Source: an uncultured virus (IMG/VR IMGVR_UViG_3300037112_000094) (Duplodnaviria > Heunggongvirae > Uroviricota > Caudoviricetes). Taken from it: DNA of 20,000 nucleotides. Within the stretch, counting starts at the first letter, position 1, and each line of letters starts with the position of its first letter. The position numbers were made by a program, and so were the translations under genes. Positions 1 through 8,600 of this stretch are shown piece by piece. The notes under the pieces are model-generated. The model was not told where the DNA came from. It worked only from the letters and a program-made list of their open reading frames with translations, and ran no database searches. The stretch covers positions 51,220-71,219 of the IMG/VR virus record IMGVR_UViG_3300037112_000094; one strand, 5' to 3'.

Positions 1-123
1 CCTCTTCGTCACGATTTTCCTGCGTGTCCCCTTGCCTTTCTTTTTGCCTGAGAGCTTCGGAGCGCAGCAGGCCGACGCTTTTTTCACCGATTCCAAGTTT
101 GTCGCCCCGACTTCGCTCCCCAT
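1..123 (-). CDS. Small basic protein, runs off the left edge (MGSEVGATNLESVKKASACCAPKLSGKKKGKGTRRKIVTKR...)
   Basis: Manual translation. ATG at 123 lies 3 nt after the stop of 127..393 and the frame is open to base 1. Lys/Arg-rich tail like its neighbours. Not in the ORF track. Confidence 0.65.
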   Translation of the reverse strand, partial: MGSEVGATNLESVKKASACCAPKLSGKKKGKGTRRKIVTKR

Positions 124-126
124 CGT

Positions 127-393
127 TTACGCCTTCGAAGCGATGCGCTTGCCGTGGTGCTTTTTGCGGCCCTTGGCCTTCTTGATGTTGCCGTGCTTCG
201 CCTTCCCCATGAACCGCAGCGCCAGACGACCACGCGCGGACTTGCTCTTGTCGGGCGAGGATGCTTCGGATTCAGCTTCCGCAGTGGTAGATTTTCCGTG
301 AGCCTCTGCGGCTTTGGTCAAGCTCCCTTTGTGCTTAACCGCGCCCTGAATCCACTTCTTTGACTTCTTCGCGTGCTTCTTCTTATGCGGCAT
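127..393 (-). CDS. Small basic phage protein, 88 aa
   Basis: GGAGGAG RBS lies inside the 3' end of the upstream HNH gene. The KWIQGAVKHKGSL...ARGRLA pattern resembles, from memory, a widespread uncharacterised small phage protein (WIQxAIKxPGAL...RARLA). K/H-rich termini. Confidence 0.8.
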   Translation of the reverse strand: MPHKKKHAKKSKKWIQGAVKHKGSLTKAAEAHGKSTTAEAESEASSPDKSKSARGRLALRFMGKAKHGNIKKAKGRKKHHGKRIASKA

Positions 394-1051
394 ATCGAAT
401 CTCCTCCCACTTCTTTCCGCGCCATGAATCGTACTGGCATTTTCTGGAACAGAATTTCGATCCTGAAGCGTGACATTTTGGACGATAAAACTTAGCTTTA
501 CAAAATCTGCATTCGAGGTAAACTCCCGATCTCTGGCGAGGAATCATGATCATTCCTGCAAGATGTGGGTGCTCTTTCGCGTGGCAATCGGCGCAGATGA
601 TTTCTATGTTTTCCTCAGCGTCTCGCTTTTCTGGGAAATCGGCGTATGGAAGCCTATGATGTCCCTGAAGATTCGCGGTCGATCCACATCTTTCGCAGGC
701 TTTTCTCTTGCGCTTCACGCGAGCGATTGCGGTCCTGCTCTTCCACTCGCGATCAGAAATTCCGCCCTTCCAGTTCGGATTGTTATCTTTCGATAGCATC
801 ATTCCGACCGCGACCCGTGAACACTTTCTCGTGCAGTAGCGACGATCTTTCGATACTGATTTGTAGCATTCAAAATCGACCCCGCACACGTAGCACACAA
901 GCCAAACCTTCGGCCTCGGATGGTGAGTCTTAAAGGGTGCAGCGCAACTCCTGGAGCAGTATTTTTCGCCACGGCGCGGCTTCCCACAGGCGAGGCAGGT
1001 TCCCTTGAAGCGACGCTTTGAATACGGAAACGCCAATGTTCCTCCAAACAA
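383..1051 (-). CDS. HNH homing endonuclease with multiple Zn-ribbon repeats (likely true start TTG at 1036)
   Basis: CERCG...LQGHHR...ENIEIICADCHAKEH HNH core, NNPNWKGG motif, three CxxC...[YF]C[ST]RxC repeats. GGAGG lies just upstream of TTG 1036. Confidence 0.85.
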   Translation of the reverse strand: MFGGTLAFPYSKRRFKGTCLACGKPRRGEKYCSRSCAAPFKTHHPRPKVWLVCYVCGVDFECYKSVSKDRRYCTRKCSRVAVGMMLSKDNNPNWKGGISDREWKSRTAIARVKRKRKACERCGSTANLQGHHRLPYADFPEKRDAEENIEIICADCHAKEHPHLAGMIMIPRQRSGVYLECRFCKAKFYRPKCHASGSKFCSRKCQYDSWRGKKWEEIRYAA

Positions 1052-1124
1052 AAACGGCCCCGACTTTTACGTCGGAGCCGCCGCTTGTTTCCCGAGCCGG
1101 TCAGGATGGGATCGGGAAGGCACG
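1046..1124 (-). promoter_or_regulatory. Structured leader with intrinsic terminator, copy 1
   Basis: Minus strand reads CGTGCC, TTCCCGA..TCGGGAA hairpin, AACAAGCGG, then CGGCTCCGAC-gtaaaa-GTCGGGGCCG-TTTTTGTTT. The 14-mer at 1076-1089 is identical to 18292-18305. Confidence 0.7.
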
Positions 1125-1137
1125 TTGCTCACTGCTG

Positions 1138-1166
1138 TTTATACCGCAATCGAGAGCCGCTGTCAC
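1138..1166 (-). promoter_or_regulatory. Putative sigma70-type promoter
   Basis: GTGACA (1166-1161), 17 nt spacer, TATAAA (1143-1138), directly upstream of leader copy 1. The -10 lacks the conserved final T. Confidence 0.45.
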
Positions 1167-1172
1167 TGAAAA

Positions 1173-1352
1173 TCAGCGCTTTCGCGATACTCTCTTCTTC
1201 TGCGCTTTCTTGCGCTTCTTGCCGTGCTGAACCTTGTGGCATCCTTTGCCTTTGATGCAAACCTTTTCGGCGTGCGTGGGAATGCCGTGGATGTGCGTGT
1301 ACGCGCGGCTCTCGCGGTAGGCTTCCTCGCTCTTGAACGTCTCGGTTGGCAT
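1173..1352 (-). CDS. Small basic protein, 59 aa (MPTETFKSEEAYRESRAYTHIHGIPTHAEKVCIKGKGCHKVQHGKKRKKAQKKRVSRKR)
   Basis: Manual translation. ATG is 1 nt after the endolysin stop, with GGAG upstream. Basic tail ends KKRVSRKR. Not in the ORF track, which shows another frame. Confidence 0.75.
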   Translation of the reverse strand: MPTETFKSEEAYRESRAYTHIHGIPTHAEKVCIKGKGCHKVQHGKKRKKAQKKRVSRKR

Positions 1353-1353
1353 C

Positions 1354-1806
1354 CTACTTCTCCGTGAAAAATAACTGCCCAGCGATCTCGCACCGGTAAG
1401 TCACGACCGCAGGATTCCAGCCCTCCGGGAACGGCACCACGGTGCCACTTGGAAGTGTGAAGGTTGCCGTCGTCCGGATGCCTTTTGGGTTGTAGTAGAG
1501 GGTGCTGCCACCTGTGATATCTGGAAGCACCCCTGCGGAGATGTCAGCGGCCAGCGACAGGGAGGTGATGAAGGCACTCCAGTCTGGAGCGTTGAGCGCG
1601 TTTGGGCCGATTCCAAGTTCCTTATCGCCGGGTGTGGTCATGCTCGAAAACTGCTCAGGCCGCAACGCCTCCTCGTAGACGCTGCTCTTCGCTTTGGCCG
1701 CGCGGTTCACGAGCACGTTCAGGATCGAATGCATCCCTTGCGCGCCACCGCCGCGCGCTTCCTTCCATGCACAGATAGCACCTACGACCTGATCCTGAAG
1801 AGTCAT
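1354..1806 (-). CDS. Cell wall hydrolase, SleB/Hydrolase_2 family, probable endolysin
   Basis: WKEARG (catalytic Glu), NVLVNR, QFSSM, DITGGSTLYY and C-terminal IAGQLFF match the SleB-like pattern. Confidence 0.85.
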   Translation of the reverse strand: MTLQDQVVGAICAWKEARGGGAQGMHSILNVLVNRAAKAKSSVYEEALRPEQFSSMTTPGDKELGIGPNALNAPDWSAFITSLSLAADISAGVLPDITGGSTLYYNPKGIRTTATFTLPSGTVVPFPEGWNPAVVTYRCEIAGQLFFTEK

Positions 1807-1813
1807 CCGACAC

Positions 1814-2413
1814 CTACTTTATCCCTGCTGTCGCGGCCTTGATCATCGCCCTGTGCAAAATCATCCTTCGAAGCGCCATGCTCTTCGTTGCCTGCGGGTT
1901 GAAATAGTACGCGAGCCCGCTCGTCATCTCGATTGCGTTATTCGATCCGACACGCATGAAGTGTATGTCGAGCGTGGACCACTGAAGATTCGGAGTGATC
2001 CGATAGGACGCTCCACCGCCGAAGAGTAAAGCGATTTGGTTATTCGCTGTGAATGTCGCCAGTCCGCCCGCTCCTTGGATGAAGATTTGGAACGAATCTG
2101 CGGGCAGGTTTGTCTTCGCGAATAACGCCGAGAGATCGGGCGAGTACCGAACACCTCCGAAGTATGCGTTGAATGGCGACGCCGTAATTTCGTGGCCTTC
2201 TACTGAAAGGCTGTTCCCTTTCTGTACTCCCCAATCGATCAGGTCAAGTGATTCTGTTGTATGCGTGGCGGCTGTCCATGACTTCTGGTAGTCGAGAGCC
2301 GTAGCCTCGGCGGCACTCGAAAAAACGAGGCCGGATTGCGCGCTGGCGACTGTCGAAATTGCCAGCAACGCGATCCCGGCCCAAAGCATCTTGGTCATCA
2401 ATCCTTGTTTCAT
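1814..2413 (-). CDS. Exported protein, probable small outer-membrane beta-barrel
   Basis: Sec signal ending ASA|Q. Alternating amphipathic strands (YFGGVRY, IFIQGAGG, FGGGASYRI, GLAYYF) followed by a basic C-terminal extension. Confidence 0.6.
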   Translation of the reverse strand: MKQGLMTKMLWAGIALLAISTVASAQSGLVFSSAAEATALDYQKSWTAATHTTESLDLIDWGVQKGNSLSVEGHEITASPFNAYFGGVRYSPDLSALFAKTNLPADSFQIFIQGAGGLATFTANNQIALLFGGGASYRITPNLQWSTLDIHFMRVGSNNAIEMTSGLAYYFNPQATKSMALRRMILHRAMIKAATAGIK

Positions 2414-2427
2414 CGTTCGCCTCGATC

Positions 2428-3036
2428 TTATTGCAATTGGAATTTCTGGTATCCGTGAAGCCCGAGAACCGCGTTGAAGCTGGACTTCAAAGTGGCCGCA
2501 TTAGGCGGTTCGACCTTGCCTGTCGCGACCGCTGCCACAGCCCTCGCCGTCACCACTGCTGGCGCTGCGCCGGGAATGAGCGCCTGAATGCTGGACAGAG
2601 TCAAGATGGCCGTTCCCAAAGCCGCTACGATCACGGCGACGATGGATGGCGATACTGATCCAGCCGGGAGAGTTGCGATGACGCCCTGTACGTCGCTCTG
2701 TACCTTCGTCAGTGCCGCAATCAGCGCGTTTAGGTTGCCCTGCGACTTGTTCGCGTTGTAGGCGTTGGCCGCGTCTTGGAACGCGTTGAGCGAGGCAATC
2801 GCAACGTTCATGGCCGTCGTGAGAGCCGCTGCGACGCTTGCAGGCAGGCCCCCATTGCTGGTTGCCTCAGCGATCACCGACACCACGCTGTTCACGATGT
2901 TGATTACGACCGGTATATCGTCGATGACCGTCGTGATCCACGCTGTCGAGCATCCAGTCGTCAGCAATACGGTCGGTGCCGCCACCGCGACCGCTGCACC
3001 GGTTCCTGAGAGTTGCAAAAACATTCTACGATTCAT
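2428..3036 (-). CDS. Putative Tat-exported lipoprotein, helical and Ala/Val-rich (start re-assigned to ATG 3036)
   Basis: GAGGAG RBS before ATG 3036. MNRRMFL twin-arginine motif, hydrophobic h-region and lipobox-like LTTG|C. Confidence 0.7.
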   Translation of the reverse strand: MNRRMFLQLSGTGAAVAVAAPTVLLTTGCSTAWITTVIDDIPVVINIVNSVVSVIAEATSNGGLPASVAAALTTAMNVAIASLNAFQDAANAYNANKSQGNLNALIAALTKVQSDVQGVIATLPAGSVSPSIVAVIVAALGTAILTLSSIQALIPGAAPAVVTARAVAAVATGKVEPPNAATLKSSFNAVLGLHGYQKFQLQ

Positions 3037-3044
3037 AATGCTCC

Positions 3045-4382
3045 TCAAAAAATCTGTGAAAGTTTCTTCCCGATTGGCACACCCAGACCAGTGCATGGGC
3101 TCGGCTTCGGCCCAGCTTCGTACTGGCCGTTACCGCCCGTGGTAATGAGCGTGAAAGAGGGTGGATGATCCCAAAGCCTTGTCGAGATGAATCCAACCTT
3201 CCTACCCCACGCCGCGAACAGGCCAGCGTACAACGGTGCCACGGCGCTCGTTCCTCCAACAATCTGTTGCTGCCCCCCTTGAAAAATTAGGTACCCAGTA
3301 TCGGGATCGGCGTTGGCGGCAAGATCGGGGACCATGCGGCCCAGACCTTTGGGCGCTGGAGGGATGTCTACTTGCCAAGCCTGAGCCGGGAAAATGGTGG
3401 AATATCCGCCGCCAGTTCCAGAGCCGTCCGTTTTGCCGGGGTTGTTATTCCAAACCGTCTCGCTGCTTGCTGTCTTCGACGTGCCGCCGCATCCCACCAC
3501 GTGCGGGCATGACGCTGGGCAATCCACGTTGGCGGCATTGCGACCGCCGTCGCTTGAATCATTGTCTCCGGAAGCGGCAAACACTACCATCCCGGCATCG
3601 GTCGCGGCCTTTGCTGCAGCATCCATTTGCTTGCAAGCTTCCGATCCCCATGCGGCTTCGTCAGCGCCCCACGAGATAGAGCAAACGGCGCAGCCATCCT
3701 TGGAAGCCTTGGCGACCGCCGAAGCAATGTCCTGTGACCAGTACACGCGAATGGTGGCTGGCTTGCCGGTGGCCACGAAGTAGGCGGCACCCGCGACCTC
3801 AATATCGAGAGCAACCTCCATATCATTGTCGTTACCCGGAGAATTCTTCGTTCCATCGACCGACACATCTGTCAGAGATGGCGATGGCTGGTCGATGGAC
3901 TGGAAGTAGGCGTCAATGTCCGATTGCACCCACCCGCCGCCAAGCTCCACGATCCCGATGGTTCCTCCCCCTTTCAGACCGGTCGGCCACTCGTAGGCAG
4001 CGCAAAGGTCATCAACTTCCCACGCACCAGACGCGGTCGGGACTCCAGCGGCAAGGCGCTTCACGTATGGATGACAGTTGAATCGCGGCGACAGCGGCTT
4101 CACGTTCGTCTGGTTCAACGGCGGCGCGAGTGGAGGCGGCGTGGTGCCCTTCCCGTAGCCGAGCACGCCAGCCAAGACGGAGAAAAACCCAGCGGCGCTT
4201 ATGAGGTATGGTTGGTACTTGGCCGGAATCACCGAACTTGGAAGCGCCGCTAAAATGGCAGCGACGCCACCTATGATCCCTGTGATTGTCAGCAAGGTAT
4301 TTGGTTTGGTTCCAAATGCGCGTTCAAGGATGCTGGCGACCAATTGAGCAAGTAGCTGAATCCAGTTTCCCATCTCTTTCAC
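3045..4382 (-). CDS. S53 (sedolisin/kumamolisin-like) peptidase with N-terminal two-TM holin-like segment
   Basis: IGIVELGGG, EVALDIE (Glu/Asp), SISWG, FAASGD (oxyanion Asp), GRMVPDLAANADP, GGTSAVAP (catalytic Ser), CTGLGVP. The first ~80 aa are hydrophobic. Confidence 0.9.
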   Translation of the reverse strand: MKEMGNWIQLLAQLVASILERAFGTKPNTLLTITGIIGGVAAILAALPSSVIPAKYQPYLISAAGFFSVLAGVLGYGKGTTPPPLAPPLNQTNVKPLSPRFNCHPYVKRLAAGVPTASGAWEVDDLCAAYEWPTGLKGGGTIGIVELGGGWVQSDIDAYFQSIDQPSPSLTDVSVDGTKNSPGNDNDMEVALDIEVAGAAYFVATGKPATIRVYWSQDIASAVAKASKDGCAVCSISWGADEAAWGSEACKQMDAAAKAATDAGMVVFAASGDNDSSDGGRNAANVDCPASCPHVVGCGGTSKTASSETVWNNNPGKTDGSGTGGGYSTIFPAQAWQVDIPPAPKGLGRMVPDLAANADPDTGYLIFQGGQQQIVGGTSAVAPLYAGLFAAWGRKVGFISTRLWDHPPSFTLITTGGNGQYEAGPKPSPCTGLGVPIGKKLSQIF

Positions 4383-4387
4383 CTTTC

Positions 4388-4726
4388 CTAACGGTCGGAA
4401 AACCCATCGTGCTTCGAAGGACTCGGAAGCGGAATCCTGCTTGTATGCTCATCATGCAGCAGTGTGATCACGATATTCTGCTCCTCGTTGATCGTATAAA
4501 TCTGGTCCGAGAGCGCCGCATGTTGCTCCATGATTGCCTTCTCTCCGCTGTCGAGGCGATCCAGATGGTCGTTTATAGTGGTGAGCGTGGCTGACATATA
4601 CCACGCTCCCAGAGCAGTCGTGGTGAGGGCTGAAACGAGCGCGGATATGCCCCACTTCATCCACTCAGCCATTCCTTCGCTATTTGTTTTAGGTTCTGCC
4701 ACGATTGCCTCGCTTGTCGTGCCCAC
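4388..4726 (-). CDS. Single-TM protein with coiled-coil-like tail, lysis-associated or holin-like candidate
   Basis: Hydrophobic WGISALVSALTTTALGAWYM followed by heptad-like LTTINDHLDRLD...LSDQIYTI. Lies upstream of the lysis genes. Start uncertain. Confidence 0.55.
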   Translation of the reverse strand: MGTTSEAIVAEPKTNSEGMAEWMKWGISALVSALTTTALGAWYMSATLTTINDHLDRLDSGEKAIMEQHAALSDQIYTINEEQNIVITLLHDEHTSRIPLPSPSKHDGFSDR

Positions 4727-4767
4727 TTTCTTACCTTTCTCGAACGTAATTATAGATCGCGTTCAAC

Positions 4768-5304
4768 TTACAGACGTGGGTATGAAATCTTAACTGTTGG
4801 ACGTACCGCAACAGGAATCGAGTTGCTTGCGACTTGCTGTTCCGAAGCGTCTGGAAAAAGCGGAGGTGCAAGCTCGGCCACAGATGTTACCGAAGGCTGT
4901 CCCGGCGTGCCCGGATAGAGCGCAATCAACACGGGTGCTGACGCAGGAGAAGGTGCTCCGGTTGCTGGTTGTCCTCCAGTTGGCGTCTCCACAAACTGTA
5001 CCGTGTAGGCTTCGTATACTCCGGTCGGTGGCGCTGTGTCGGTGTACGTGTTTGTGGTGAGCGGGGAACTCGCCGTCTGTTTTGGCGTGTACGGTCCACT
5101 GCTGGATGGTGTTGGGCATACTGTGGCGCTCGTGCATGTGGCCGAACTGACGATGTAGCCGCAGCTATATCCAGTCGGGCATGGGAGAGCAGTCCAATTT
5201 ACAGTTGCCGATGGCGGTGGCGAGACCGGGGCCTGTGGCTTACAGCCAGCGGCTGCGAAAAGCAAAATCAGCAATGATGCGAACTTCAGATTTATCGACT
5301 TCAT
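4768..5304 (-). CDS. Putative lipoprotein with fibronectin type III-like domain
   Basis: GGGAGGAG RBS, lipobox AAG|C, VNW...GYIV...TYTDT...YTVQ...PS pattern of Fn3 folds, paired Cys. Confidence 0.65.
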   Translation of the reverse strand: MKSINLKFASLLILLFAAAGCKPQAPVSPPPSATVNWTALPCPTGYSCGYIVSSATCTSATVCPTPSSSGPYTPKQTASSPLTTNTYTDTAPPTGVYEAYTVQFVETPTGGQPATGAPSPASAPVLIALYPGTPGQPSVTSVAELAPPLFPDASEQQVASNSIPVAVRPTVKISYPRL

Positions 5305-5315
5305 AGAACTCCTCC

Positions 5316-5681
5316 CTACGGGTTGAACTTTACGGTTGGTTTAGACGGTGATGGCGGTAAGGCTGGAACTACGACACTAGCCACGTTCGAAGGCGCGCTT
5401 GTCACTCCACTCGCATCGACACTCTCGACAATGTAGTCGTAGGTAGATGCTTGAACTGTCAGATCGCTATAGGTAGTTGACGTGATCGCTGTTGTATTGA
5501 GTTGCTGATATGAAGTTCCTCCGCTTGGAGCGCGGAAGGCGTCATAACTGGAAACGGGATCAGGAGAACTTAGCGGCGCATCCCACGTCAGATTCACTTC
5601 GCACGTCGTCACCTTCGCCTGGCACACGGCAAGCGGGGCCGCAAGAGCCAGAACCGAGAGTGCCGCGAAAATGCGTTTCAT
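5316..5681 (-). CDS. Secreted single fibronectin type III domain protein
   Basis: AAGGAG RBS, Sec signal MKRIFAALSVLALAAPLA, and VNLTWDAP...SYDAFRA...TTYSDLTV...YDYIVESVDASGVTSAPSN, a classic Fn3 pattern. Confidence 0.8.
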   Translation of the reverse strand: MKRIFAALSVLALAAPLAVCQAKVTTCEVNLTWDAPLSSPDPVSSYDAFRAPSGGTSYQQLNTTAITSTTYSDLTVQASTYDYIVESVDASGVTSAPSNVASVVVPALPPSPSKPTVKFNP

Positions 5682-5696
5682 GTGTCTCCTTATTTG

Positions 5697-8600
5697 TCAG
5701 ATGACGCTCGTGCTAAGCAGATTTATCTCTGCAATGGTCCCTAATCCGCTATAGAAAGCAATCCCCCCAAAATCAATTGTGCCGACTGTCTGAGTTCCTA
5801 TCGTCTGATAGGTAGCGCCTCCGTCAGTCGAAACCAGATATGAGAGAATCGTCCCTGAAACAGACAGCTTCAAATGAATACTTGATCCAAACCACTCCGC
5901 GCCCTGATAAACAACACTACTCACAAAAGATGGGGCAACCGATCCGGGGCAAGTGCTTGTACAGTTATATTCTCCGATTTGGAGCGTTGCTGTAGAGAGA
6001 GAGGCATTTCCCTGCTGCCAACTCAGTGACCACACTAACCCATTTGTGTTGTCGTGAATCCAGATTCCTCCATTGCAATTATTCGTGCCAACAGCGGCGC
6101 ACAGTTGCCTGAAATCAATATCGATAGAACTGCTCAATGAAATTTTCGACCAATAATTTGTAGTCGCCGCAGTAGAGCTAAGAACGACATTCCCGTTCGT
6201 TCCGTTTGTGCAAGTCGGCCCTGTGCCAATGAAAACCTGAGAAGCGCATATCACTGGTTTTGTCACAGCAAACATATCGGGGTCGTAGAATGTCGAGCCA
6301 ATTTCGATGTATGGCGGCGCGGCTACTACAGTTGATCCTCCTCCAGCAGCCGCCGTATAGCAAGGATTCGGGGTGCTTGCGGTCGTGTACTGCAAATTCT
6401 GCCCCGTCGTCGGTGTAAAGCCGGTGCAGAAAGGGACGCCATTCAGTTGGTTTGCGCTGACTGTCCCCGTGCCGCTCGGAGCTAAGCTGGCTCCCGAACC
6501 AACGGCCATCGCAGCACTCGTATTGGTCCCGCTGGAGATGGCAGAAAAAGCAGTCGTCGTGGTGGCCGCAACGCCAACCTGCGCAGCCATAACCACAGTT
6601 GGCGTGCCAACGACGGTCCCGGTCGTGACAACTTGAATATCCAGCAAATCGAGCGATGCCGTCGTAAAGCTGTGCGTCGTGTCTGAGCATGAAGTAGCCG
6701 ATGCTCCGCTGATCGTACAGGTGAGCGTTTGGCTCGAAGCATTCTTGCGCCAAGTGAAAGCAATCGAATTTCCAACGCCCGGGGCGGTGCTCAATTGCAC
6801 CGTCATGTTCTGAATGGTGACCGCTGCCGGTGAATCGATATCCACATTCGTCTCGGTCGCACTCGACAAGCCGCCGCCGCCGATAGGGAAGTACAACGTC
6901 CCGGTAAAAGTCAGCGCCGGTCCCGAATAGGTGACGATGCCTGCGCCCGTCCCAGCCGCCGCAATAGCCGCCTGCACGAAAGCCGTGGTAGCAAGCTGCG
7001 TCGTGTTCGTGCCCCCCGTCGCAGTAGGGGCCGCTGGCGTTCCTGTGAAGGTCGGACTGGCCTTCGGAGCCAGCGATGAGAGGAGCGTGCTGCTATCCTG
7101 CTGTGTGCCAGCCGTGTCCACGTAGGTCACTACATCTCCTGCCACAGTTGCAGAAGTTGGTCCCGATGCCAGCCCCGCTCCAGTACCCGCAATAGCCTTG
7201 CTGCTGGTGATCGTGCTGGATGACCCAGCGACACCAACCTGAGTCGCTGTCATGCCCGAGAGGCCCGAGCTACCGCTAGCACAGCCGCTGGTTGTCAACG
7301 CGCCGCCCGTTCCGTGTGGGCATATGGGGCTTGTCGAAGGAGAAAGCCCTTGAATGACAACATTTCCGTTGCCATCAATCGATAAACCGTTTGCCCCATA
7401 CAATCCGAAAATCGCATAGTTAGAAGCTGAGCCCGCACCGGCATAATAAAATTGCATTCTCAACACATCGTTCGTTGCATTATCTCTTCCGAGGTCTTCC
7501 TTTATCGAATAGCCCGTTGGCATATTCGGGCCTAACACGCCAAAAATGGGGTAGTTAAAAGCCGTGCTCGAACTGCTAGGCTCCTGCACCGCCGCCGTAG
7601 AAGGATAATGATTTCCGCTGTTTTGACTAGTGCTGTTGAAGGTACTTGGAGAATCTGAATTGACAGTCAGGTGTTGGTAACCGAATAGCGTTCCCAAAGA
7701 CATGATCTGCGAGCCGAGAGTGCTTCCCGATGAAGCGGAAAACCACTGATAGGTGTAAACAGAATCGTAAGTGGGAATCTGCATGAAGCCGTTACCTACC
7801 CCCGCGACTCCGGGTGCCGAACCAAAATAGTCGCTCCGCTTGTCCAGTGGGTCACTCACGCCGGAGAGCAGCACATTCGCAATCTTTGCCGCTGCCAGGT
7901 TCACGCCGCCTGGGCCGAATCCGCCGTTCCCGGCAACGAGCGATGAGTTTCCCGGATCGTTGACCACACGAGCCACATCAACGAAACCATCCCAATACTG
8001 GCCGCTGGCCTGATTCGCCGCGCTCTTCCCTTGAAGAGGCAGCCATTGTTCCAGCGCGATCAGGGTCTGGTAGCCGGAGGAGCAGATTCCGAGGCCGGTC
8101 TGCCCGAGGTTGACGGCGTTCGTGCTCCAGACCACCACAGAGCTGCTGTCGGCATGTACCTGCGCCCATAGGGAGTTAAGCGCCGCCTCGATCGTTGCAG
8201 CCGAAGTGCAACCGTTCGCAAAGGCATCGTTTTCTAACTGCCCGAAGATGAAGTAGGTCGGCTGGCCGGTCACTGCCTCGCTCAGTGGGTGCAGGATTGT
8301 CGAGTAATAGGTGTTGAGCGCCTGCTCGGTGACAGGATTCGGGATCACCACATAGGGCGTCAGTTTGCCACTGAGCCCGGCCAGATTCGCCGTGTTGAAA
8401 GGCAGGTTATATGTGGCCTTGGCTGCGACGCCGCAGGTTGAGGCGCAGGTGCCGCTGCTGGCAAAACTAAACTCAAACTGCGTAGAACTTAAGCCGGATG
8501 AGAGTACCTTGAAAAGCGTGTATCCGGTCGAATAGCTGATGTCGGTCGGTGCTGAGAAGGTCGAAGTCCACGCGCTCGAGAAACGCATGTTGACCCAATC

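Noticed and set aside
1090..1125. Resemblance of CCGGTCAGGA and ACAAG.GGCG words to the guanidine-III riboswitch
   Set aside because: The two words are on opposite strands, the pseudoknot pairing cannot be built, and no transporter gene follows. An Rfam scan would settle it.
1163..1393. 76-aa minus ORF from the track
   Set aside because: It overlaps the endolysin and lacks an RBS. The frame 1173..1352 has a coupled ATG, an RBS and the shared basic tail.
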